From IMG/VR virus record IMGVR_UViG_3300038608_000011, positions 1 through 64,000 of that record: DNA of 64,000 nt. One strand, written 5' to 3'. Shown one piece after another: positions 8,562 through 18,561 of the stretch. This DNA is from a virus (Duplodnaviria; Caudoviricetes). Made by a program: the position numbers and the translations under genes. The number at the start of each line of letters is the position of its first letter. Position 1 is the first letter of the stretch. The notes under the pieces were generated by a model that was not told the DNA's origin, did no database searches, and was given only the letters and a program-made list of their open reading frames with translations.

Positions 8562-10721
8562 TTGGAGAAGAAATGGTTCAAAACTGATTTCATTTGGGAC
8601 TTGGAAACTTTCCCAAACTGTTTTACCGCATGTTTTGTTTATGCTAACGGACAAGGGATACGTGTATTTGAAATCAGTGATAGGAAGAATGAAACTGAAG
8701 GGTTATTAGAGTTCCTTCGGAAAGTGAAGGTTGGGGACTATCGTCTCGTAGGGTTTAACTCGGTTGGGTTTGATTACCCCATCCTTCATCACATTCTGAC
8801 TAAAGCAAAGAAGGCATTTAAGAAAGGTGAACCAGTAAAACTGACAGCAAAAGAGCTTTACAAAGTCGCCATGGATTTGATTAATGCTCAGGATGATGAA
8901 AAGTTTGGTAAAATGATCAAACAAGATGATGTTATTATTCGTCAGGTTGATTTGTATAAGATTCACCATTTCGATAACCGAGCAAAGGCTACTTCGTTGA
9001 AGGTTTTAGAATTCAATATGAGGAGTAAAAACATTGAGGATTTACCATTTCCGGTAGGGACTATCCTTGATGACAAACAGAAAGACACGTTGATCAAGTA
9101 CAACAAACACGACGTCATGGAGACTCTGAAGTTCTATTGGTACTCTTATGATGCTCTCAAGCTTCGGGATGAACTTAGTATCCAGTTTGGTTTTGACTGT
9201 ACGAACTACAACGACACTAAAATAGGCTCAGAGCTTTTTATTAATTCCCTTGAGAAAGCACAAAAGGGATTGTGCTACATTCAAAGTGATCGCGGTAGGA
9301 AAATGCGTCAAACTAAACGGGATAGGATTGTCATTAAAGATTGTTTGTTTGATTACCTGAAGTTTAAGCGACCTGAATTCCAAGCAGTTCATAACTGGTT
9401 CAAGTCACAAGTGATTACAGAAACCAAAGGTGCATTCAGCGACTACCTAGAACACCAATTAGGTGATGTTGCAAAGTATGCGGAGATGGTAGTCAAGAAG
9501 AAAAAGCTTTCTGATCCTATTGACAAGAAAAACAAACGATATGTACCATCGGAAGATTTGATTGAAGTATTAAAGAAAGAACAACCTTTAGGTTGGATTG
9601 AAGAGAAAGAACTGAAGAGTCCTAAAGGAGCGATTAGTTATTATTGGTGTTATAACGTTGTTGAGACAATTAACGTTATAATTGATGGGTTGCGTTTCGA
9701 TTTTGGCACGGGAGGTATTCACGCATCTTTGAGTTCCGTGACTGTATCATCAGATGATGATTACCAGATTATTGATGCTGACGTGGCATCAATGTACCCA
9801 AATATCAGTATCAGTAATAACGCTCACCCTGAGCATTTGGGATTAACCTTCTGTAAGGTGTACAAACATCTATATGAGGAACGTAAGAAATACCCGAAAG
9901 GAAGTGGTGCAAACGCGGCGATTAAGCTAGCTTTGAACGGTGTTTACGGGAAATCCAACTCAGAGTATTCACCGTTCTTTGATCCGGCTTACACCATGAA
10001 AATTACCATCAATGGACAGCTTTCGTTGTGCATGTTGGCTGAAATGTACCTAGAGATTGGGTGTAAGCTAATTCAGTGCAACACCGATGGTGTGACAGCT
10101 CTTGTACCTAAAGATAAGGTCGAGGACTATTACAGAGTATCTAAGGAGTGGGAGCAGATTGTAAAACTTGACCTTGAATACGCTGAATACAGTAAAATGT
10201 ATCTTTCAGACGTCAATAATTACCTTGCCGTTTATATGGATGGGAAAGTTAAGAGTAAAGGTCGTTATGAAGTAGCTCATTTTGAGAAGTTGGGGTGGTC
10301 AAAGAACCACTCTGCGATGATTATTCCAATTGCAGCTTTGAAATATTTAACTGAAGGTGAGGATTTTAGGCAGACCATCTTTAATCATGAAGATCCTTTT
10401 GATATGATGCTCCGCGTTAAGGTGCCTCGTAACAGTCGATTGGTATTAACAGATTCAGAAGGCAACGACACACCACAACAAAATATCTGCCGTTATTATC
10501 CTTGTGAGGATGGTGGGGATATGATTAAAATTATGCCTCCCTTGGAAGGTAAAGAAGAAGCAGGTGAGCGAAGAATGAGTATTGAAAGTGATTGGAAGGT
10601 TGCAACATGTAACGATATGGCTGATTTTAAATGGAAAAATGTAAATTATTCATATTACATCAATGAAGCCAGAAAACTTATTGAGGGTGTAGGTGCAGAG
10701 GTTCCAGAATGGGAAGGTTAG
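8562..10721 (+). CDS. DNA polymerase, family B-like, with 3'-5' exonuclease
   Basis: ExoI WDLETF, ExoII FNSVGFD, ExoIII YNKHDV; polymerase motifs DADVASMYPN, KLALNGVYGK, NTDG; TTG start at 8562 behind GGAGGG. Confidence 0.92.
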   Translation: MEKKWFKTDFIWDLETFPNCFTACFVYANGQGIRVFEISDRKNETEGLLEFLRKVKVGDYRLVGFNSVGFDYPILHHILTKAKKAFKKGEPVKLTAKELYKVAMDLINAQDDEKFGKMIKQDDVIIRQVDLYKIHHFDNRAKATSLKVLEFNMRSKNIEDLPFPVGTILDDKQKDTLIKYNKHDVMETLKFYWYSYDALKLRDELSIQFGFDCTNYNDTKIGSELFINSLEKAQKGLCYIQSDRGRKMRQTKRDRIVIKDCLFDYLKFKRPEFQAVHNWFKSQVITETKGAFSDYLEHQLGDVAKYAEMVVKKKKLSDPIDKKNKRYVPSEDLIEVLKKEQPLGWIEEKELKSPKGAISYYWCYNVVETINVIIDGLRFDFGTGGIHASLSSVTVSSDDDYQIIDADVASMYPNISISNNAHPEHLGLTFCKVYKHLYEERKKYPKGSGANAAIKLALNGVYGKSNSEYSPFFDPAYTMKITINGQLSLCMLAEMYLEIGCKLIQCNTDGVTALVPKDKVEDYYRVSKEWEQIVKLDLEYAEYSKMYLSDVNNYLAVYMDGKVKSKGRYEVAHFEKLGWSKNHSAMIIPIAALKYLTEGEDFRQTIFNHEDPFDMMLRVKVPRNSRLVLTDSEGNDTPQQNICRYYPCEDGGDMIKIMPPLEGKEEAGERRMSIESDWKVATCNDMADFKWKNVNYSYYINEARKLIEGVGAEVPEWEG

Positions 10722-11272
10722 GATCAGAAAAAGATTCAGATTTGACGCTAGAGGAACTTAAGAGGAGCCTAGATTATAATCCTGTTTCAGGATTCTTTTC
10801 ATGGAAAATTCCAAAACGAGGGTTGCATGTAGGTGATAAGGCTGGTAGTATTAATGACCAAGGTTATATTATATTAACTATTAATCTGCGCAGATATAGA
10901 GGTCACAGACTCGCTTGGTTTTATATGACAGGTAGTTGGCCTGTGGGAGAAATTGATCACGAGGACGGTGTACGTTCAAATAATAGTTGGTCAAACCTGC
11001 GAGATGTACCGCGTTTAGAAAATAAACGTAACCAAGGAAGAATTACTACAAATACTTCTGGATATAATGGTGTAATGTGGTATAAAGCAGGTCAGAAATG
11101 GCATGCTCAAATCAGCATCAGCGGTGAGAAGATTCACCTTGGATATTTTGAAGACATCGAGGATGCAATTAAGGCCCGAAAAGATGCTGAGGATCTATAT
11201 GGGTTCCACGAAACACACGGAGAGAAAGATTCATGGAATCGTAAAAATAACGCTAGACAATCCACAACGTAG
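10709..11272 (+). CDS. HNH endonuclease with AP2 DNA-binding domain (putative free-standing homing endonuclease)
   Basis: HRLAW...IDHEDGVRSNN...NLR and NTSGYNGV.W...W.AQI...HLGYF; overlaps the end of the pol gene. Confidence 0.88.
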   Translation: MGRLGSEKDSDLTLEELKRSLDYNPVSGFFSWKIPKRGLHVGDKAGSINDQGYIILTINLRRYRGHRLAWFYMTGSWPVGEIDHEDGVRSNNSWSNLRDVPRLENKRNQGRITTNTSGYNGVMWYKAGQKWHAQISISGEKIHLGYFEDIEDAIKARKDAEDLYGFHETHGEKDSWNRKNNARQSTT

Positions 11273-11321
11273 ATACACGTAAACATACAAAGCACACTGT
11301 GCAAATTGGAGGAGATATAGA

Positions 11322-11723
11322 ATGGGTTATGATTTGATTACTGGTGGTACGGACGACTATTCAACGGAAGATTTCTTTACAATTGGTAAGTTGATTGAAG
11401 TTCTTAAACAAAACTCTCAGTATCCAGTACGGTTCCTAGGTTCAGATTTTACAATCAATTCTCTTGGTAGTTGGAGAGGTTCTTATGATATTCCAGCAAT
11501 CTCCTACTTTTATGTAGAGGGTGGCCGTCTTGCTGGTGCTATCGCAGCTCAACTGGAAAGTGATCTAGGGGAGGTTCACCACGGCTGGAAAGGTGGGGAA
11601 TATAAATATCATCGAGACGAAGAGTTCTTTGTTGCTCAAAGTGGTTGCAGTTCTGAGCACAAAGTAGTAAAATTTCAAATTGAAGACGGAGAACTGATTC
11701 TTTACACTAAACTTGCATATTAA
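11322..11723 (+). CDS. Hypothetical protein (133 aa)
   Basis: GGAGG RBS. Confidence 0.75.
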   Translation: MGYDLITGGTDDYSTEDFFTIGKLIEVLKQNSQYPVRFLGSDFTINSLGSWRGSYDIPAISYFYVEGGRLAGAIAAQLESDLGEVHHGWKGGEYKYHRDEEFFVAQSGCSSEHKVVKFQIEDGELILYTKLAY

Positions 11724-11732
11724 GAGGAACTA

Positions 11733-11912
11733 ATGATCACCCGTTCAGATTTTGAAGAACAATGCTATTACATTCTCTATGAAGACTTCGGCTACTCAAA
11801 GCACGAAGCCCTAAAAGAAAGTAAAGCATTAACACGACAATGGCATAACAATTCTGAGGATTGTCTTAGTCCTCAAGAGGTTATAGAATATATGATTAGT
11901 GAAGGAGAGTAA
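11733..11912 (+). CDS. Small hypothetical protein (59 aa, MITRSDFEEQ...), not in ORF track
   Basis: GAGGA RBS, fills gap. Confidence 0.6.
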   Translation: MITRSDFEEQCYYILYEDFGYSKHEALKESKALTRQWHNNSEDCLSPQEVIEYMISEGE

Positions 11913-11913
11913 A

Positions 11914-12171
11914 ATGAAAGTTTATGCGCTTATTGCTGTACTGGGTATTTCGCTTGTTGGTTGCACCGATGCACAAATGGGTAAATTCTCAGCTCTGGGT
12001 GGTTCTGCAAAAGTAGATTGTTACTCTGGCGAACGTCTTATTTATAGCGGGGAGTCTACAGGTAAAGTTTCTAACTCAGAAAGTTCAGATGGTTATTATT
12101 TTATTGACAAATCCGATAATAAACTTAAAGAAGTTAGCGGTAACTGCATTATCACATATAATAATTACTGA
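11914..12171 (+). CDS. Putative lipoprotein
   Basis: Signal peptide with lipobox LVG-C; ATG 11914 behind AAGGAG. Confidence 0.7.
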   Translation: MKVYALIAVLGISLVGCTDAQMGKFSALGGSAKVDCYSGERLIYSGESTGKVSNSESSDGYYFIDKSDNKLKEVSGNCIITYNNY

Positions 12172-12182
12172 GGGAGATTGAA

Positions 12183-12350
12183 ATGAAAAACAAATTCATA
12201 TACACTTGCATCATCAAATCTTCAGGCCTCCCCATTCAAGATATTGCCTATTCACGAGAAGAAGCCAGAGAGTGCAGACGTCTGTATGAAGGTATGTATA
12301 AAGAGAAAGTGAGTATTTTGCGTTATAATTTGGATAAGAAAATCAGATAA
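12183..12350 (+). CDS. Small hypothetical protein (55 aa)
   Basis: GAGGGAG RBS, ATG 12183, TAA 12348-12350. Confidence 0.55.
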   Translation: MKNKFIYTCIIKSSGLPIQDIAYSREEARECRRLYEGMYKEKVSILRYNLDKKIR

Positions 12351-12619
12351 GGGAGAAACAATATACGCAACAAACGAGCAAAACAGCTACGAAAGGAAGC
12401 TCTAGCGATAGGACTTCAAGTAGAAAATAATTATGAGAAGCTACAATCTATACGGAACGGGGAACTGAAAACTACTATTGTTCTTGCAGAATGTGTACGA
12501 GCGACTTATCTTCAAATGAAAAAGAATTCTGGTATTAATGCTTGAATAACACAGTCTCAAAACTATGTGACTAAATAATGTAAATATCAGGCCACAGGAG
12601 GCGTATAGATGTGAGATTA

Positions 12620-13222
12620 ATGACAAAAACTAAGCTTGTCTGCGGTGTTGGTATAAATGATGCTGATTACAATGTGTGTAGGAGGGAGGTTGTAGGGGGG
12701 AAATACAAGATAGTGTGGGCGTGTCCTTTCTACTTAACTTGGAAAGAAATGCTACGAAGGTGTTATGATCCTCTGTTACACAAAAGACAGCCCACATACT
12801 CTGAATGTTCAGTTTGCAACGAATGGATTTACTTTTCTAAATTCAAAGCTTGGATGGAGAATCAGGATTGGCAGGGTAAGGAATTAGATAAAGATATTCT
12901 AGTTTCAGATAATAAATTTTATAGCCCTGAAACTTGTGTCTTCGTGCTTTCAAAAGTTAATCTGTTTCTTTCAGAGAAGTTTAAATCTATTGATCACCTT
13001 CCTACTGGTGTGTGGTTAGAGAAAAATAGTAAGTACAGGGCGACAGGGAATGGTGAAACTCTGGGGAGGTATAATACTCCAGAACAGGCGCATCAAGTTT
13101 GGCTTGACTTTAAAATTCAACAGGCGTATATATTGGCTGCCGAACAGACTGATGAACGTGTAGCAAAAGCTTTAATTAACCGATATGAAAACTATCAAAT
13201 AAACTTAAATAGAGAAAATTAA
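12620..13222 (+). CDS. Putative homing endonuclease (HNH-like LDKDIL family)
   Basis: KLVCGVGINDADY...W.EML.RCY...Y..C.V...W..FS.FKAWME.Q...LDKDIL; paralogous to 17465, 62245 and 53079. Confidence 0.75.
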   Translation: MTKTKLVCGVGINDADYNVCRREVVGGKYKIVWACPFYLTWKEMLRRCYDPLLHKRQPTYSECSVCNEWIYFSKFKAWMENQDWQGKELDKDILVSDNKFYSPETCVFVLSKVNLFLSEKFKSIDHLPTGVWLEKNSKYRATGNGETLGRYNTPEQAHQVWLDFKIQQAYILAAEQTDERVAKALINRYENYQINLNREN

Positions 13223-13224
13223 AT

Positions 13225-13926
13225 ATGAAAACTAGTATCATCGTAAAAGAACTTCCTAAGTCTGGTACTCTGGAAACCTGCAATCTGTACATCAAAAACG
13301 CTACTGTGTTTTATGCAGCAGTGCATGAACCTAAGAAGAAGTATCAAGCAGAGGAGAAAGAATTTAGTCTTACTGCATTCGTAGACGAAGAAACTAAAGA
13401 TAAGCTGCTGGATGAAGTGATGGTGAACAAAACCTTTGCTCTGGTTGGTAAGGATAAAACCAGCAAGCCACCACGTCGAATTAAGTACCCGCTGTCTTCT
13501 CAAGTTGAAGAGGGTAAGGTTAATTATGATGTAGTAGATGGTATGTATGGCTTCACCGTCGCCAAGCCTGAGTTCAGCAAGAAAGGCAACCTCATGAATG
13601 TCAACGTGATTGACACTGAAGGTAATGCATTTGCTGAGAACATCGGCAATGGCTCTGTATGTACCCTGAAGCTCTTTGCTTATCGTAACCAAGACAATCA
13701 GCTTGTTGTTACTCTGGATACTGTTCAAGTGATTGAGCATATTCCGTATGAGGGGAAGACAGCTGCTGATAGCGTAGAAGATGATGTTTTGGGGGTGAGC
13801 TACAAGGTTAAGAAAGTGGAGAGTAAGTCTGCTGAAGAGGAGCCTGAAGCACCTAAGCCAAAAGCTAAAGTTGCTCCACAACCTGAACCGGAAGAGTTTG
13901 ATGAATCAGGTTCACTACCTTTCTGA
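13225..13926 (+). CDS. Single-stranded DNA-binding protein (T7 gp2.5-like)
   Basis: Replication cluster, OB-like core, acidic tail ending EEFDESGSLPF. Confidence 0.75.
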   Translation: MKTSIIVKELPKSGTLETCNLYIKNATVFYAAVHEPKKKYQAEEKEFSLTAFVDEETKDKLLDEVMVNKTFALVGKDKTSKPPRRIKYPLSSQVEEGKVNYDVVDGMYGFTVAKPEFSKKGNLMNVNVIDTEGNAFAENIGNGSVCTLKLFAYRNQDNQLVVTLDTVQVIEHIPYEGKTAADSVEDDVLGVSYKVKKVESKSAEEEPEAPKPKAKVAPQPEPEEFDESGSLPF

Positions 13927-13937
13927 TCTAACACTAA

Positions 13938-13959
13938 GGCACAAGGATGTGCCACTTTT
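13938..13959 (+). terminator. Probable terminator after ssb
   Basis: GGCAC-aaggat-GTGCC followed by actttt. Confidence 0.45.
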
Positions 13960-13989
13960 AAGTGATACCTTATTTAAGGAGATACAAGC

Positions 13990-14445
13990 ATGAGTGGACA
14001 AACGACATACAGCCCACCAATTAGTTGCACTGACCACACAAATAGTTTAGAATCAATTTCTAATGAGTGTCCCTCAAAAGATAAATTCGACTTTATTTAT
14101 TTGAAGACAATTCTATTTGAAAAAGATGGTGAATACTACGAAACAAAATGTTATCCTTTGGGTGATGTAATTCTCCCCTCTGACCCTCCAGTATCGGAGG
14201 ATGATTACGAGGCGTTGCTTGACTGTAAGCTAGAAAGACTTCGTAATTGTCACATACAGAGTTTAGAGCATCGTATGCAGACTTATCTGGAAGATAATCC
14301 TAACAAACGAGGGACTGTATACTTTAGCCCAGCTAATAGGCTTGAATTTGTAAATACAGAAGCAAAAGAATTGTATGTGTTTGGCTTCAAAGACTCTTCT
14401 GGTAAACTTGAGATACAATCTGAAAGTAATTTTATAATTTTGTAA
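13990..14445 (+). CDS. Hypothetical protein (151 aa)
   Basis: AAGGAG RBS. Confidence 0.7.
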   Translation: MSGQTTYSPPISCTDHTNSLESISNECPSKDKFDFIYLKTILFEKDGEYYETKCYPLGDVILPSDPPVSEDDYEALLDCKLERLRNCHIQSLEHRMQTYLEDNPNKRGTVYFSPANRLEFVNTEAKELYVFGFKDSSGKLEIQSESNFIIL

Positions 14446-14534
14446 GGAGAAAAATAAATGAAAGAGAAGCAAAATTTGTTTGATCGGGCATACCAACTAG
14501 CTCAAGAAGCAATCACCAATAAGGAATTCAAATA

Positions 14535-14762
14535 ATGAGTCAGTACACCGAAAAAGAATACTTCAATAATCTTGTCCGCCTTTTTGAGCAGCAAATTAGC
14601 ACTCGTGAGGCAATCAAGGGAGAAACTGAGCGGGCTAAAGAAAACGAACTTGATTTTAAAGTTATCAAGAAAGTTGCAAAGTTTTATGCAGATAATAATT
14701 TTGAAGAGGTTAGCGGGGAGTTTGCTTTAATCAAAGAGGCATATCAGCAGTTAACTGATTAA
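14535..14762 (+). CDS. Small helical DNA-binding protein, T4 DsbA / DUF2312(GapR)-like
   Basis: Pattern IKGETERAKENELDFKVIKKVAKFY...FEEV resembles T4 DsbA. Confidence 0.45.
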   Translation: MSQYTEKEYFNNLVRLFEQQISTREAIKGETERAKENELDFKVIKKVAKFYADNNFEEVSGEFALIKEAYQQLTD

Positions 14763-14781
14763 CAGATACAGGGGGAATATT

Positions 14782-15783
14782 TTGGATCTATTAGACGTGA
14801 TAGATCCAAACTTTGGATTAGTAGAGAATCAAAATACTGGTAGGAAGTTTGGTAAAGACGGGCAAATTGAAATTATTGGCTGGAGTGGTAAATACAGGTC
14901 AGCTAAAAAGTATGTGCTTATTTGTAAGGAATGTGCAAAGGATCAGGAGATGTTTGGTGAAGGATACTTCAGTGCAACACTGACCAACTTGACATCTGGG
15001 CGTATACCATGTGGTTGCGCAAAAAGTCATAAAAGAACAATAGCACAGTATGCTATTGAAGCAACTAGAACTTGTGAATTCTTAGGGTTAAAATTCATCG
15101 ATTGGGAAGGGGAGTTCAAGGATACACGTGTTAAGTGTAAGATTGAGTGCCCCGTTCATGGTATTTATGCGACAACATCACTTAACAGCCTTATAAACCA
15201 GCAATCAGGTTGTCGGAAGTGCGCCGATGTGTATATTGCCAAGAGATTTACAAAACCGGACAATCAGATGGCAGATAAATTTATGAGCACTGGAATGTTC
15301 CAGAGTGGAACTATATTTACAAGGTCAGACTTACAAAACAAGAGTGGACATAAAACTTTCTGGAATATAGAATGTCCCCAATGTGGGTTTAGTGGAACAT
15401 CACATCAGTCAAATCTTTCAGTAGGGAAAGTACCTTGCGAGTGCTCATATACAACAAAAATGACTGAAGCCTATATAAATATAATTTCAGACTCGGGTAA
15501 TGACATTGCGATTAAGTTTGGAATATCTTCGTTGAGCCATAGAAGATTGAAAACACAGGGGAGGTATTCTGTCTATGACATCAGGAAGTTTGGAGTTTGG
15601 ACCTTCCCAAACTTTATTCAGTGTAGAGAAGCTGAGAATGAAGTTAAACAATGTGTTGTTAGTGGGATTTTAGGTAAAGAGGAAATGCCAGATGGCTTTA
15701 CCGAAACTACCTACACATACAATGTAGATAAGGTTATTCAAATTTATGAAAGTAACGGAGGAGTTAGAATGAATGACAAGTGA
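14782..15783 (+). CDS. Putative endonuclease: Cys-rich Zn-finger-like modules plus C-terminal GIY-YIG/T5orf172-like domain
   Basis: CKEC, CPVHG, CRKC, CPQC, PCEC; C-terminal AYINII...IKFGIS...RRLKTQ...EAENEVK. Confidence 0.55.
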   Translation: MDLLDVIDPNFGLVENQNTGRKFGKDGQIEIIGWSGKYRSAKKYVLICKECAKDQEMFGEGYFSATLTNLTSGRIPCGCAKSHKRTIAQYAIEATRTCEFLGLKFIDWEGEFKDTRVKCKIECPVHGIYATTSLNSLINQQSGCRKCADVYIAKRFTKPDNQMADKFMSTGMFQSGTIFTRSDLQNKSGHKTFWNIECPQCGFSGTSHQSNLSVGKVPCECSYTTKMTEAYINIISDSGNDIAIKFGISSLSHRRLKTQGRYSVYDIRKFGVWTFPNFIQCREAENEVKQCVVSGILGKEEMPDGFTETTYTYNVDKVIQIYESNGGVRMNDK

Positions 15784-16000
15784 TGAAATGCAGTGGTTAA
15801 AACAACTTTACCAAGCCAACGATCTTGATGCCACTGTAGCCAACTTCTATCTAAATACTGATTCTCGTTCTACCCATGTTGGCTTATTGCGAGCAATGGT
15901 GATTCAGCTACTAGCAGACAAGGGCGGATTGCAAGAGGAAAACAAGAAGATGGCTAGTATTCTTAAGAATCATAATTTGTATCATGAATTATTGGAGTGA
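15773..16000 (+). CDS. Hypothetical protein (75 aa)
   Basis: Overlapping starts/stops. Confidence 0.65.
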   Translation: MTSDEMQWLKQLYQANDLDATVANFYLNTDSRSTHVGLLRAMVIQLLADKGGLQEENKKMASILKNHNLYHELLE

Positions 16001-16009
16001 GGAGGTATT

Positions 16010-16942
16010 ATGGGTAAACTTTTAGTTTTAGATTGTGATACGATTTTGTACAGCTCAGCTGCAATGCACCAAGAAAATAAATGCAATGTAATCCATAAAT
16101 CATCTGGACGTGAAAAACTCTTTGATTCAAAAACATCATTTAATGATTGGATCAAGTCTCAAGATAAGTGGACTAAAGATGAATTTGATTTTCAAGTTGT
16201 AAGTTCTATTGTTGGTGAAACTCGATTTGCTTTTCAATCAATCAAACAAAAGATTGAAAACATTCTTGAAGCAACTAAATGTACAGATTATAAAATTTGT
16301 ATTGAAGGGGAGGGGAACTTCCGTAAAGACTTTGAATCCAAATATGTCCAATATAAATCTCATAGACCACCTAAACCACTGTTGTTTGAAGAGTGCAGAG
16401 AGTTTGTAGTTAAGAAATACAAGAAGCAATTAGTAGAATCTGTACAGCGGGAAACTGACGATTCATGTAATATTTACGCTTGGGAAAGTTATGAAAAAGC
16501 TTTGAAGTCTAAGAATAAAGATGGTGCAAATGTCATACTCGCGGCCTGCGACAAGGACTTGTTTGCAAATAGCCGAGGCTGGATGTTCAACTACTTCAAA
16601 CCAGAGAAGGGGGTGTTCTGGAACGATGCCTTTCAACAGTCCTACAACTTCGCTACGCAGCTTTTGACTGGGGATAATGCAGATGCTATCCCTGGTATTG
16701 AAAAGCTCTCAGACATCACTAGGGAACGTTTTAGCATCAAGACGAAGGGTGTTGGTCCTGCTACAGCTACAAAGATTCTTGCTGAATGTAAAACTGAAAG
16801 GGATTTAGCACAAAGAGTTTATGAATGCTATTCAGCAGCTTGGGAAGAAGATTGGGATGATAGGTTGAATGAGAATGGATTCTTTCTTTATTTGCTACGT
16901 AGTGAAAAGGATAAGTGGAATATGGATAGGTATTTGGAATGA
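16010..16942 (+). CDS. 5'-3' exonuclease (T7 gp6 / FEN-PIN-like)
   Basis: LVLDCDTILY, NFRK, ETDD, DKDL, LLTGDNADAIPGI. Confidence 0.85.
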   Translation: MGKLLVLDCDTILYSSAAMHQENKCNVIHKSSGREKLFDSKTSFNDWIKSQDKWTKDEFDFQVVSSIVGETRFAFQSIKQKIENILEATKCTDYKICIEGEGNFRKDFESKYVQYKSHRPPKPLLFEECREFVVKKYKKQLVESVQRETDDSCNIYAWESYEKALKSKNKDGANVILAACDKDLFANSRGWMFNYFKPEKGVFWNDAFQQSYNFATQLLTGDNADAIPGIEKLSDITRERFSIKTKGVGPATATKILAECKTERDLAQRVYECYSAAWEEDWDDRLNENGFFLYLLRSEKDKWNMDRYLE

Positions 16943-17472
16943 AAGAGCCATGGATAGAATTTAATCACATTTGGGGAACAAAAGCAGCTTTCTTCAACTA
17001 CCTACGCGGGGCACTACGACAAGCTGTGTGGAATCGCTGGCCTGGGAAGATTGAATTTAAAAACTCTGTTGTAGACGTCCCCCCAGAAGATTACACTGGA
17101 AGGGCTAAATCTGGTGCATATTGTGCATTAAGTGGTGAGTGGGTGGGGAAGTCAGCCGCTGAAATTGACCATATTATAGGTAACGTTTCTTTACAAGACT
17201 GGGAAGACCTGCTACCATTCGTTCAACATCTATGTGCTTCTAAAGAGAATTTACAATATGTGTCTCGTGAAGCCCATAAAATTAAATCTTACGCTGAAAA
17301 ACAAAAAATAAGCTTTGAAGAAGCTGTAGCTCAAAAGGCAGCAATTGCTATTTGTAAAGCTAAGAAGGATGTGGAATGGCTTAAGGAGAAAGGGATTCGC
17401 CCAGAGAAGAATGGTCTTAAGCGTAGAGGGCAGATTGTTAATAAACTTTTAGAGGAACAACTAAATGAATGA
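16939..17472 (+). CDS. HNH-type endonuclease (possible resolvase)
   Basis: CALSGEW...EIDHIIG...NLQ...H..K; coupled to the exonuclease. Confidence 0.65.
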   Translation: MKEPWIEFNHIWGTKAAFFNYLRGALRQAVWNRWPGKIEFKNSVVDVPPEDYTGRAKSGAYCALSGEWVGKSAAEIDHIIGNVSLQDWEDLLPFVQHLCASKENLQYVSREAHKIKSYAEKQKISFEEAVAQKAAIAICKAKKDVEWLKEKGIRPEKNGLKRRGQIVNKLLEEQLNE

Positions 17473-18109
17473 CAAGAAAATAAGATTATGCAAGAGCCGA
17501 AAACTTGTTGCTGGTTTTGGTATAAATGACGCTGGTTACACTACAGCAATCAGCGAGAGTCGTAAAAATGAGAGCGGTAAATATGTAAAGAAAGTCCTCT
17601 GGACGTGCCCTTATTTTTCAAGGTGGACTTCAATGCTTCACCGAGCATATAACCATTTAGACCGCCCAACTTACGAAGGATGCTCTGTGGCCGATGATTG
17701 GTTGACATTTTCAAACTTCAAAGCTTGGATGGAGAATCAGTATTGGGAAGGACTTCAGCTTGATAAGGATATATTAGTGGAAGGTAATAAAGTTTATTCC
17801 GCGTCAACCTGTGCCTTTGTGCCAAACTATCTTAATGTGGTTGTCTCAATTGCCAGAATGGGGTCTAAATATGGCCCAGGCGTGTATGTGGTAGGTAAGA
17901 AGTTTGTAGCTAAGATGACTATTGAGGGGTCTTCTGTAGAGATAGGTAGGTTCAAGACACAAGAGGAGGCCACTAATGCGTACAGGGCAGCCAAGGCTGA
18001 AGCCCTTGAAAAGGCTCTCCGTAGATACAAAGAAGAAAGTTTCTTTAATAAGGGTGTCGAATCTGCTATCCTAATGAAAATTAGGAATATGAGGGGTGAT
18101 AATGTCTAA
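17465..18109 (+). CDS. Putative homing endonuclease (LDKDIL family)
   Basis: GFGINDAGY, FSNFKAWMENQ, LDKDIL, AP2-like C-terminus. Confidence 0.75.
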   Translation: MNDKKIRLCKSRKLVAGFGINDAGYTTAISESRKNESGKYVKKVLWTCPYFSRWTSMLHRAYNHLDRPTYEGCSVADDWLTFSNFKAWMENQYWEGLQLDKDILVEGNKVYSASTCAFVPNYLNVVVSIARMGSKYGPGVYVVGKKFVAKMTIEGSSVEIGRFKTQEEATNAYRAAKAEALEKALRRYKEESFFNKGVESAILMKIRNMRGDNV

Positions 18110-18449
18110 GTTATCCAAAGAAACAATGTTCACAGAACTTTCAATCCAACTTGCACGAATTGAAGCCAAGCTGGACAAGCTTCTTGAACAAAAGGTTGTT
18201 AAAATTAATCCACCAACTATTGGTTGGAAAGACCCTTTCTTAAGGGATTACAAGCAATCTGTTCAGACTAAATCAGATTGCTTGTGGGATAATCTGCCTC
18301 CAGAATATAGACTGAAACCAATATCGATGAGTTGTCCTTGTCTGAAGTGCTCTGCTTATTGTGCTAGCGGTTCTGTAGTTGAGGCGTTGAATAAAGAATA
18401 TTTCACACAAGATGGTAAACGAGTCACTGACTTTGGAGTGGAAGAATGA
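18102..18449 (+). CDS. Hypothetical protein with Cys cluster
   Basis: ATG 18102; CPCLKC. Confidence 0.65.
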   Translation: MSKLSKETMFTELSIQLARIEAKLDKLLEQKVVKINPPTIGWKDPFLRDYKQSVQTKSDCLWDNLPPEYRLKPISMSCPCLKCSAYCASGSVVEALNKEYFTQDGKRVTDFGVEE

Positions 18450-18561
18450 ATGACTCACCAACCGTAGAAGAATCGTACTGGGGCTTCTATTACTGGAGCC
18501 TTCTCCTAGAATTCGGTGTATATAGTAGTGTGTGGCAATGGCAAGTTTGGGGAGGTGGGTT

